A stretch of DNA of 63,979 bases, the filler included, from Octopus bimaculoides (Eukaryota), in NCBI RefSeq assembly GCF_001194135.2. It is 5 parts of 5 records of this genome, joined end to end, with 100 filler letters (N's around TTAATTAATTAA, not from the genome) between each part and the next. Parts side by side here need not be neighbours in the genome. Positions count along the whole stretch, not along the records: positions 1 to 26,734 come from NC_068984.1; 4 more parts are not named here. One strand, written 5' to 3'. Positions within the stretch are counted from its first letter, which is position 1, and each line of letters starts with the position of its first letter. Positions 1 through 11,365 of this stretch are shown piece after piece. The notes under the pieces were generated by a model that was given only the letters and a program-made list of their open reading frames with translations, was not told the origin of the DNA and searched no databases. The translations under genes and the position numbers were made by a program.

Positions 1-40
<40 letters not shown>

Positions 41-470
41 CGTGTGTTCTTGTGTCTGTGTTTATCCCCGCCCCCATCGCTTGACAACCGATGTTGGTGT
101 GTTTATGTCCCTGTAACTTAGCGGTTCGGCAAAAGACTCCGATAGAATAAGTACTAGGCTTATAAAGAATAAGTCCTGGGGTAGATTTATTCGACTAAAA
201 CCCTTTAAGGTGAATATATATATATATAGGTAAGCAGAATTAGCGGTTGGAATAACCGTCTAAGGGATAAGAATATCCGTTCTTACTACTGGTATCCCTT
301 ACCTATGCTATCCCTGGGCATGGGTATGCAGGCACACTATGCTCATAGGGTTCAGGTAATAACTGAATAAACAAAAGCTTATCAGGAATCAAATTTAAAT
401 AAACAGAAAATAGAGAAAACTTTGGTGTTTGTTGATCAAAAGTTTTCTCCATTTCCTGCTTATTTAAATT

Positions 471-510
<40 letters not shown>

Positions 511-580
511 ATAAAGGCGGTGCTCCAGCATGGCCGCAGTCAAACGACTGAAACAAATAACAGAATATCAGAATAAAAGA
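41..580 (+). mobile_element. SINE family B 3' half, split by a ~300 bp insertion
   Basis: gcttgacaaccgatgttggtgtgtttatgtccc...aataagtactaggc (41-213); tail ggcggtgctccagcatggccgcagtc resumes at ~511. Confidence 0.8.
391..471. repeat. ~80 bp imperfect inverted repeat
   Basis: aaatttaaataa/ttatttaaattt outer arms and agaaaacttt/aaagttttct inner arms. Confidence 0.85.
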
Positions 581-677
581 ATATATATTTTCTTTTATTC
601 TTTTACACGTTTCAGTCATTTGAACGCGGCCACATATTCATGCATGCCGTATATACATACACATGTGCATGTGTGTG

Positions 678-717
<40 letters not shown>

Positions 718-3553
718 TGTGTGTGTGTGTGTCTGTGTGTGTGTGTGCGCGTGTAAGTATGTATGAGTGTAGGAGAATTTGTGTTGTTGATTAGTTTCGA
801 GTTAGCACTAATCAAGATATCTGATTAATGACGTTCCAGCTGCGCTCATCGTAACTTATTTCAGATATACTATTTTAAAGACAGTGATGTGTGATTTGAA
901 GGATGTTTGGTTGTCATTTCCAGTAATCCGAGTGACCTCGTAGAGACACCCCGTTTACAAATTCTGACATGTGTTGCGCAGGCTTTTGGATATGTAACTA
1001 TGACATTCCTTCTGCTCAGCTACTTGTTGTCGTCTATAATTTCACCCCTGACACATTTATAAGGCTCCAGTAGGCGGTAATCATCAAATATAAATAAAAA
1101 TGTAAGCAGTGAACTTTAGATAGAATCTGGTGTAAAGCAGAGATGAATATTTGATATCTGGAAGAGAGTACAACGCCCTGAAATGTAATTTATTCAATGT
1201 ACTGTAACAATTAATAGGCGTTTACATGTTTCCCGATCATGGAATCGTATTCAAGGGCAAAGAGTTTATTTTTTTAAATTCATTTTATTTTATATTCATT
1301 CATCCATTCATATATTTATTTATCTATTCATTTTACTGTTATTATTCATCTTACTGTCTTTATTCTTAGTGCATATGCAGTTATTTTGATTCAGCAATCA
1401 GTCGGTTGATCAGACTTGCTCGTTTTGTCTTTGGTTGCAAATCATATGATTATCAGTAAACATGGCTGGTGTTTTTTTTTATACTTCTTGCATTTAAAAG
1501 TTTACTGTTCTCGGGAAAAAAAAAAGATTCTTTTCAAATACTGTAACAGACACTTATGCACATGTTTACAGCTAGTCTTACTTTATCCTGTAAAAGCCAC
1601 TTTTGTAAAGTTCATTTGTGATATCAGAAATGCACTTGTAGCATAAAGTGCTAAACACTTTAAAATAACGATAAGTTCCTGGTATGCTGGTTTAGCAACC
1701 CATTTTCAGTTCTTTGTAGACCACACTCCTCTACTATTTTGGGGGAATAGTTATCAACCTATATCAACTTATTCTCTCGCTTGTGAGTCTTTATGTTTAA
1801 GTCGGAATACGATATTCAGGCAAAGTGTTGCTGTAAAGTACAGAGATATGACTCATTCTAAATGTGACTAAGAAAGGGTTTCGATTCCTAACTGAAGTCA
1901 TAGTATTTCATTTACTCAACCAAATTGTTACGAGGCTATATTTTGTCATGAAAATACTCGAGAAACGAAAGGTATGAAAATAGTTGTAAAGATGTTAGGG
2001 GATAAAAAGATACTGTAGTAGACATAGAATAGAATTTATCGCGTTCTGATGATGTATAAAAATGTAACACGTATAATCGTATTGTAATCAAATAATTTGC
2101 AAGACTACTAATTACGAATTCTTTCAATCTTCAATGTCTTTTTATCCATGGCCGTCTAATTTTGTTAATTTCGATTGCATAATTTCTTTTAAAATTCTTC
2201 AAGAAGCTGAATTCCTTAAACGAATCTCTCCATGAAATGACGCAATAAATTCTTCGTTTCAGCTCAGAGGTTGTTTCTAGTTCGCTTTTTAATGTTTCTT
2301 GTACGTTAACTAGCTTAACTATTGAATTCTCTTAACTGGGCAAATGAATTATATATTTCAGGGAAAGTATGAGAAGCTGTAATGTTCATGCCTTTTCAAG
2401 GAACATTATGCGTACGTCGAATGAATTGATTTGAGCCAGGAATCGAAAACAGATCATGGCCTCTGCTTGACTGGGTCTTTACCACTTCCTTTTTCGGATT
2501 TTATTGTTTTACTTGAGTTACAGCATTGGTCAACATATTTAGAAATATTTCTAACATGTCAAGCGACTGTGTAGATTCCTCTCTTATTTCGCCACTCTAC
2601 ATGCTATGTTTATAAGAGGAAGAAAAAACATTCTTAAAAACCAGTTTAAATATATTTTCACACACTGGATTTATTGATTCATTCTCTATTTGATTGCTTC
2701 CTTAATTCTTTTCATTGTCATGGTACACGAGACAATGTAGTTCTAAATTGAAGCGAAACAGCGAAAATAAAACCAGAGAAATCTGTGATTTATTTTCTTA
2801 GTATCTGTCATCGACTTTAAAGCCGTGGTTTAGGTAAAAACTGATCTAGTAGGTTACTTTTTCTGTTTATATTATTTTGCAAAACATCAAGTTGTTTTCT
2901 CTCAATAATGCATGAACATCCTTCATCCACTTTCAAAATAATTTATTGACGTCTTATCAATAATTATACACATTGTAGATTGATTAGACAAATTTGAAAT
3001 ATTCCACTATGAGATTAGGTTAGTGGAAGTAAATGAAATAGAAACACTACTCAGTATGGTGTAAGATAATGTGTGTGGTTTCAAAGGATTGTCTGGTAAA
3101 GAACATAAAGCCTAGAATGTACCAAACTTCATGAGGAGAATGGCACCGCGGTACAGAAAACGGTACCAAATGCCTGCTGCATAGGGAATGCGTTGTGTGT
3201 AGAAAGTGAGTTGTGTCATTGTTCTGAGGTGTCTTTCATAAGATGTGAGTTACACCTAGCAAGACAAGCTTTTCCGACCGTGTGTAATGTAATTTCCAAC
3301 AGTGCCCACTCTTATGCAAATGACTAGGAGTAATAGTATTATCCGTACATTAACTGCCTTTATTTTATGTTTATATTGGTTTATATTTGTGTCTTTTATT
3401 TACTTGTGCTTTTATCTCAATTATAAAAATATCTTAATTATAATTTGTACAATGTTTTTGCTCCACTGCTCATGTTTATATAACCTCTCCACATGTCTTA
3501 CAACATATTGTTGCAATCAATGAATGGATTTTGCTAGCAAATAAAATAAACAG

Positions 3554-3616
<63 letters not shown>
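3554..3616. repeat. (TTA)n microsatellite
   Basis: Seen directly. Confidence 0.95.
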
Positions 3617-3659
3617 GATTGTTATAATCGTTAGCGCATCATTAAAATACTTTGAAGCA

Positions 3660-3825
3660 AGTGTTCCGGGTCTTTACATTCAGAGTTTAAATCTCACCGG
3701 AGACAAATTTGCCTTTGATCCTTCTGGGGTTTGATAAAACAAGGTATTAGTGAAGGAGTCGATTTAATCGACTTACTCACTCCCTCAAAATTTCTGTCTT
3801 TGTGTCTGTATTAAAAATTATTACT
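3660..3825 (+). mobile_element. SINE family C fragment
   Basis: tttgcctttgatccttctgggg...gtcgatttaatcgactt...ctccctcaaaatttc. Confidence 0.65.
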
Positions 3826-4544
3826 GGATTTACTTTTTACTTTTTTATTAAATATTAAAGGCCCTACTACACATACATACATAAAACATACATACATGCA
3901 TACATACATACGTACACAAAATATGTGTATGTGTGTGTGTGTGTGTGCTTAAGGAAATGTAATTGCAGGATAAAAATAACACACTCATATAGTGTTTGTG
4001 TATTATACACTATTATATAAAATAACAGATTATTATTTATCGGAAGAATGAATGTAAATAATTTTCTCAAGTTGTTTTCTCGATAAACTTTCACCACAGA
4101 CTTAAAATATTAAAATGTTAAAATATTTCTATAAAATTACAATGAACCTGTCTTAAACAACTTCCTTAAAGTAGCGACTACAGGTTTTGTTGTACGTAAG
4201 AATGTCAGTTGAGATGCTATCAATTAGTGATTTTCTAACGTTTAAAACTACTGTTGCCCCTCTGCCCAGATTTACTTACCCCGAAGCAAGTTTTCCACAA
4301 TATTTTAATTTTCAACTTTCACTGAATTTTTCGTGCAGAAAATATTCTTCTAATGAGTATAAACACAAATGTCATACAATTACAAATATTTTCAATTACA
4401 ATTACAAAGTTTTCTTTGCTGTTAAAAAAAAAATAGTAAAATAAGAAAAGTAAGAATAATGTTAAAATTATTGGTGGATTCTAAAATGAAAATAATAAAA
4501 AAGAAATTGATAAATTGTAAAATGAATTTAATACTTGATTCAAA

Positions 4545-4969
4545 TTGGCTTCAAATTTTGGAACAAAGCCAGCAATTTCAGGGGGAGGGGTAAGTTGTTT
4601 GCTTCGACCCCAGTGCTCAAATACTACTTTCTATTGACCCCGAAAGGGATGAAAGGCAAAGGAAAACTTCGACAGAATTCGAACTCAGAACGTGAACGAA
4701 ATGCCGCTAAGCATTTTGTCCGACGTGCTAACGATTCTTATTTCTTTATTGCCCACAAGGGGCTAAACATAGAAGGGATAAACAAGGACAGACAAGCAGA
4801 TTAAGTCGACTACATCGACCCAAGTGCGTAACTGGTACTTAATTTATCGACCCCGAAAGGATGAAAGGCAAAGTCGACCTCGACGGAATTTGAACTCAGA
4901 ACGTAACTGCAGACGAAATACCGCTAAGCACTTCGCCCGGCATGTTAACGATTCTGCCAGCTCGCCGCC
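4545..4969 (-). mobile_element. SINE family C dimer
   Basis: Two tandem monomers, each with ctgagttcaaattccg...ctttgcctttcatcctttcggggtcgata; junction at ~4738. Confidence 0.85.
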
Positions 4970-7569
4970 TTAAATATTGAGAGTCCTTCAGTATTTTAAG
5001 TTTTAAGTTTATCGTTTGCATATATTATGAATTTAACTACTTCAGCCAACAACTTGCATTTGATTTATAATGTTTATAACAGACATCTGCATAAGCCTCT
5101 CTTGCATTGATCTCACTGATCAAAGAACATTAGCTGAGCCAATAGCACATGTCTCAACGGACTTAGGAAGGCCTTCAGCAGATCTATCCTTAAGTTAAAA
5201 TAAATGTAACTACTTAGAACTAGTGAAGGGTTCTAAACTTCTAAAAAATATCGGGAGATCATGATCTATACCGGGCTAAACGTCTCGTTGTATTTAGTTA
5301 TGTTTCACTATAAAGTACTGAGTCGTACCAATCGTACCAGTCGTACCAGTCGTACAATATGCCGCTCCTGCTAATGTATGGCTTTGTGCAAAAATTACAG
5401 GCATTACTTGAACACTACATTTCTGTAGAAGGACTATTGACTGAAATGTCAGTTTTTCTCCTAACCCCCACGGCATCTAGACGTATTGACACTCAACAAA
5501 CTCCTGTGGATATATTAAAATTGTAATAGTAATTTTAATAGTTTGAGTACGTCAGAAATGAAACTGAAAAATGACAAATATTAAACAGCATATTGATTTA
5601 AAATATTTGAAAGTCTCAATGTGGTACCACATGTAAAGGTCTCTGATGTAGAAGGATGTTGGTAGCTGTTCTAGGTAGGATAGACTGGGTTTTTTTAAGC
5701 GTTAGGTATAAGGAAACAATCGAAACGTGACTTGTCCCGGAAAATTTTTAAGTACATACAGTTCAGTAGCAAAACCTCAACATATTATTGGTATTCGCAT
5801 TTAAAAACGGTTGGATAAAATTCGATAGCGTTACATTGTATATTTGTGCTTGCAATGAGTGACTTAATGTATGTGGGTGTGCTTTTTAAATAAATCTTGT
5901 AAAACTTGTTGATGTGTGCGCGTGTGTGTGTGTGTGTGGGGGGGAAGAGTAATGGAGTATTTGAGACAGTTTATGTAAGCATATTCTGACTAATGATATA
6001 ATGTTCCTTGTATCACAGATAAATAACAAATAGTGACATTTTTCGGTCAAATGAATTAGTGTCTTACTGCAAAGCTCCTAGTCAGCGTCCTGGTTATTAG
6101 TTAGAGCTAATTATTGGAGTACCACACTTAAGCCCCTTGATCAACTATCCCATGAAAGTGTCTTGGCTAAGGACCCAAAATTTCTTATTCACTATTCTAC
6201 AGTAATATCTTACATGCACCAAGTCTTTTAGTCATGTTATTTATTCATTTACATATTTATATTGCAACTGGGGGAACATTATACCATTAGTCAGAATATG
6301 CTTAAATAAACTGTCTCAAACACTCCGTTACTTATTTGCCCCTCTCCCTCCACGCACACACGCACACATCAACAAGTTATGATGTTGGTTACAGGTTTTC
6401 AAAAATCAAACATAGGTTCACTACATTTCGCAAGACGACAGTGCCAACGGAGTGGCTGCAACTCTGTGCAGAACAAATACAGTATGGGACTTCGTTAAAA
6501 AAAGCTCTAGTATTTAGATTTTCTCGACGATCTTTACAACTATTTAGCCATGCCTGTGCCGTGTTTCTACCCTCATATTCTGAACAGATATCTTTATCCT
6601 TCTGGTCATATTTGTCTTGACTACTTGTAGATTCGGATATTTTGATCAACTGCTTCATATGTTCTGTCTGTACTATAGTTAAGAGTCCGGATCAAATACA
6701 TTAATATCTTAATATCTCAATATTTTTTTGTCAAGAATAAAGTATTTAGGAAAACATTATCTAACGTGTGCGTTATTTTTAAAGCAGTAAGGTGTGATTC
6801 GAAGAAAATTTGCTTGTAATTTTTAGCAGGTCAACCGGCCACTTATAAACAATTTTCTTCCTATCTCTTTCGTTGCCTTGGCAAGCTCGTATCTCAACAT
6901 TTTCTCTGAATCGTGATTAATTTGAATTTAATATTGATCAAACTTCAATAGGCTGAAAAGTTTCTAGATCAACGGTCTGATCCGAACTTTAATCAAACAT
7001 TCATCAAGTGTTGAGCAAGTATTTCTCTAAATCTCGCCACTGTCTTAGTTCAATTACCGGCTCAGTACCATGATAGATGTACACTGTCAATACTCTGATC
7101 AAGTCACAAATCATATCAGTGGGAGTTTGTTGACCCGGTTATCTTTCTACGATCAATGATTCACGGATGTTTTCTAGTACAAGATTTACTCTGTAGAACA
7201 GACATTTCCCAGATAAACTTTCAGTAAGGAATCTAGTTCCCTAATTAAATGAAGCATGTATCAAACATAATTTATCCAAACGCTCATTGACCCATATAGC
7301 GTAATTGATAACTGATAAGAAAATTGTCTATGATAATTCTTACTTTGGGTTTAATATAGAAAAGAAGAGTAGAAAACATATATTTATATTGTTGCAAATG
7401 GTCCCTCCGTCGGCTTCAACGATCATTATTCTACTTGCTCGATGAACTGAACTACTTGATCAGCGTATCAGCGTATACATGGTTGAGTATTCCATAGTTT
7501 GAGATAGCCGTGATGTAATTTCCAGTAAGAAGCAATGTGACAGTTTATTAAAAAGTTGCATTTTGAGTT

Positions 7570-7740
7570 ACAATTAATGTCCATTCCACAGACTGCCACA
7601 TAGTTTCCGTCTTGACAATATCACTCAAAGCTTGGGACAACCCGAGAGTATGGTACGAAACACTTGTCCAATACCTCATGAAATGGGATCGAACGCTGGA
7701 CCCCGTGATTCCAAAATGAACATACAGACATGAGAATAAA
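7570..7740 (-). mobile_element. Old, diverged family-B-related SINE head
   Basis: Reverse complement reads gcgttcgatcccatttc...ttggacaagtgtttcgtacc...gacggaaactatgtgg. Confidence 0.55.
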
Positions 7741-7755
7741 TAAATATGTGAGTGA

Positions 7756-7828
<73 letters not shown>
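7756..7828. repeat. (TG)n microsatellite
   Basis: Seen directly. Confidence 0.95.
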
Positions 7829-7832
<4 letters not shown>

Positions 7833-7859
7833 CGCGCTCTTGAACGATATTGGTAACAT

Positions 7860-8373
7860 ATAGTCCAGTACAACCTGTTGCATGGTCGGGTCGTCGGCGA
7901 CCAAACTGGCAACCCCAACAAGCTTGCTTGGTGAGGAGGGTGATTGCTGGACACCCTGCGGGCCGAAAAATAAGACTCGTCAAAGGGCGGAAGAACTACG
8001 GTGTAGTCAACTGCCAATTCAACACGTACCCTGTCGCGGTGAAGTGCCTGTGCGCTCCATTGACTCGGAGAGCAATACTGGAGGGAGAGAAATCTTCAGG
8101 CAGGTCTTACCAGGCCAGACAGGTCGAGGGTAGGAGACAGACAAAACCTTAACGACTATAAATCGAAGCGTCGGCAGCAAGGCGTGGATTTAGTTATCAG
8201 CAAGACCTAATAGATCAGATTCCTGGCTTTGAACTGGCAGGATATCATGCAGAGGATCTTGAATATAAGACAATGGATGAGACCCTAATATTCCTAGTAA
8301 GATGGAAACTGCGGGACCACATGGAGCAGCGTCCTGCGACTCCTATAGTATGCGCAACCAAAATCCCTATGAG

Positions 8374-8375
<2 letters not shown>
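7860..8375 (+). mobile_element. Probable 5' UTR region of an RTE-clade LINE
   Basis: GC-rich block between microsatellites containing aagactcgtcaaagggcggaagaac and ccaggccagacaggtcgagggtaggagacagac, resembling RTE 5' regions from recall; no RT ORF follows. Confidence 0.5.
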
Positions 8376-8434
<59 letters not shown>

Positions 8435-8435
8435 A

Positions 8436-8549
8436 ACAGACGGTAGTGAAGCTCCAGGTTCGGTGATTATGCATAATCACCGAACCTGGAGCTTAACTAT
8501 AGTCTGTCCATAGCACTTACTCAAGTGCCTATACATATATAGGCACTTG
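8436..8549. repeat. 46 bp perfect palindrome plus an adjacent 12 bp stem hairpin
   Basis: 8449-8494 equals its own reverse complement; caagtgcctata/tataggcacttg at 8522-8549. Confidence 0.95.
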
Positions 8550-10067
8550 TGTAGGTAGGTAAGTAGGTAGGTAGGCAGGCAGGTAGGCAGGTAGGTTGGT
8601 ATATTCTTGACTCATTACTTTAAATAGCATAAACAGCGAATGCATTTCATTCAAAATAATTTTTCTCTCAGTCATCTTAAATATTGATTAGACCATGCTT
8701 CACTGATGAAGCCTAATAATACAGAACCTTTCCTAAAGTCAGACTGCATTTGGATTTCAGAGTTGTCACCCTTACTTTTCTGGATAAGACTTAATGTCTA
8801 AAGCTAATAATTATTCACTTCGTTACAAGTATAATTCTAATTTATAAATTAATTTATAAATTTATAAATTAATTGCGTTAGCCCCTAATTAGCTAAATGT
8901 TTTTCATACAAAAGCTCATGATATTTTTTAAAGTAGATTATGCTTTGTATAGGTATGCGTGTTTGTATTTTTGATTACAGCTAAGTTTCCAGGTGACATT
9001 CAGTGCACATTAAAGTATCAAATTTCATTATTAATTTATTGTTAAATAATTATATAATTGTGATCATGAGTGTAGATTACTAAAACTGCTGTAGGAAGTG
9101 AATATTTTAAATTTCATTGGTATTGTTTGACTTCTGCTTTCCACATATATTTTGCTCTCTGCATTCGGTATAACCGATTACAAGTTATTTCCAACATTCT
9201 ACATGGTATTGCATTGAAGTCGAGAAATTTCGAAACTTAATGTAATGTTATAAATTGAACTCCAAAATTTGTGGTTGTTTATCGCCCATAAGCACCAAAT
9301 CACAAAGACAAGCGCGCACGCACACACACACATGTATATTGATATGTATATATATGTATGTACGTATGTATGTGTGTATGTATGTTATCAATCAGTTTCA
9401 TTTCTGTATTTCTTGTCCATAGAGAAAGAGCCGGACACTAACATAGATTCAAGGCTCCTTCATTGGAACTTTTATCAACATCATCTAGGTATTTGTGCAT
9501 ATGTGTGTGTGTGTGTGCATTATTTGGTGTTAGTGTATGCGCAGATCTTTATGTTTGTTTTATGGATGCGTTTTTATGTATATATTTTCATGTCTAGATG
9601 TATGTATGTATGTATATATGTATGTATATATGTATGTATGCATGTATGTATGTATGTATGTATGTATGTATGTATGATAGATGGTACAAGCCAATTTTAT
9701 TACTTCTACAGAATCCATTAAAAAAAGTAGATAGCATGAGAAATCAGTAATATATATTCGATAGAGTGGGTGGTGAGTGGGTGGTTAAATTGAAGTAGGG
9801 AATGTACGAATATCTGATACTATATAGTGAGTTGTAGGCGTGGCTGGAAGTGACGGGAAATGTCCTATATGTTAACCGGTCACGACATATGGAGATGTGG
9901 TGGGAAGGCAGTAAGTGGGAGGGTGACTACTTCAAACAACTACTAAAGAAAAACCAAAATCAATTTGTAAATTAATAAATTAAACAAATGAAAATATAAA
10001 CTGATTCATAAATTTCTAAATTAGTATTTCAGTCGCAAGAGGAAGAGCTTTAGTTAATTAATGAATT

Positions 10068-10454
10068 GTGGAGGCGCAATGGCCCAGTGGTTAGGGCAGC
10101 GGACTTGTGGTCATAGGATCGCGGTTTCGATTCCCAGACTGGGCGTTGTGAGTGTTTATTGAGCGAAAATACCTAAAGCTCCACGAGGCTCCGGCAGGGG
10201 ATGGTGGCGAACCCTGCTGTACTCTTTCACCACAACTTTCTCTCACTCTTTCTTCCTGTTCCTGTTGTACCTGTATTTCAAAGGGCCAGCCTTGACAGCA
10301 CACTGTGTCACGCTGAATATCCCCGAGAACTACGTTAAGGGTACACGTGTCTGTGGAGTGCTCAGCCACTTGCACGTTAATTTCACGAGCAGGCTGTTCT
10401 GTTGATCGGATCAACTCGAACCCTCGACGTCGTAAGCGACGGAGTGCCAACAAC
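10068..10454 (+). mobile_element. tRNA-derived SINE family A (~385 bp), full length with 12 bp TSD
   Basis: A box tggcccagtgg, B box ggtttcgattcc, (CAA)n tail; TSD aattaatgaatt at 10056-10067 and 10455-10466. Confidence 0.9.
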
Positions 10455-11223
10455 AATTAATGAATTAATAAATTAATGAGTGGACTAAATCTAATTATTT
10501 AAGAGCATTGTTTTTATTTACTTATTTATTCATTTTATTTATTTGAAATTTAATTGTTATTGTTCGTCTGGTGGCTAAAAGGAGAAAACATAGTATACCT
10601 TCTCTTTTATATCCAAGTATCATGATCAGTAAACATACAGGTCATTGCTCATCCTTACCAGCCACGACTACAACCTATTATTTCCTTATCTGCATCACAA
10701 ATTCATATCTTCACTGCCTTAATTCCTCCCGATTGCTCCATACCCTATCAAATTATAATTCCTGATCTCTTTCTTGCTATCTAAAGAATCCATTATAAAT
10801 AATATAGAATAATGAATTAAAATTTTGTTGCATCTCGGGAGGGTCATCATGCCAACAATAAGCACACGCACTGGTTATATTTCCCTTCTTTTATCATTAT
10901 TAGTCAATTAGATAACCATTACTACGGTCAATCAATCCATCATGCAAGGTTTGTCAAAGTCCTTTCGCGGCCATTCTTGACCTCATACCCTCTCTACTCC
11001 AAGTCTGCTTCAGGTCTGTCAGAATGAAATAAAATTTACTTTGTAAAAGTCACCCTTTTAAACATAAAATACGCCTATTGTACATTATACCATTGAGTAT
11101 TCTTCTTTAAATTGTTATTGTTTCTCGTCCAGTAAACGGAAACATAGAACATCAAGAATAACTAACCATTTGTCTGTTTCTAACTATATGTGCGTGTGTA
11201 ATGCTTTGAGATCGGCTAAATAC

Positions 11224-11365
<142 letters not shown>

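Noticed and set aside
3517-3527. CIC binding octamers T(G/C)AATG(A/G)A as autoregulatory sites
   Set aside because: Scattered hits are expected in AT-rich DNA, and several lie inside transposons.
7860-8010. HDV-like ribozyme in the RTE 5' region
   Set aside because: Such ribozymes are known in RTE elements, but I could not assign P1-P4 by eye. An RNArobo or Infernal search would decide it.
10068-10145. tRNA gene
   Set aside because: A and B boxes are present, but there is no full cloverleaf; it continues into a SINE body with a TSD and has other copies.
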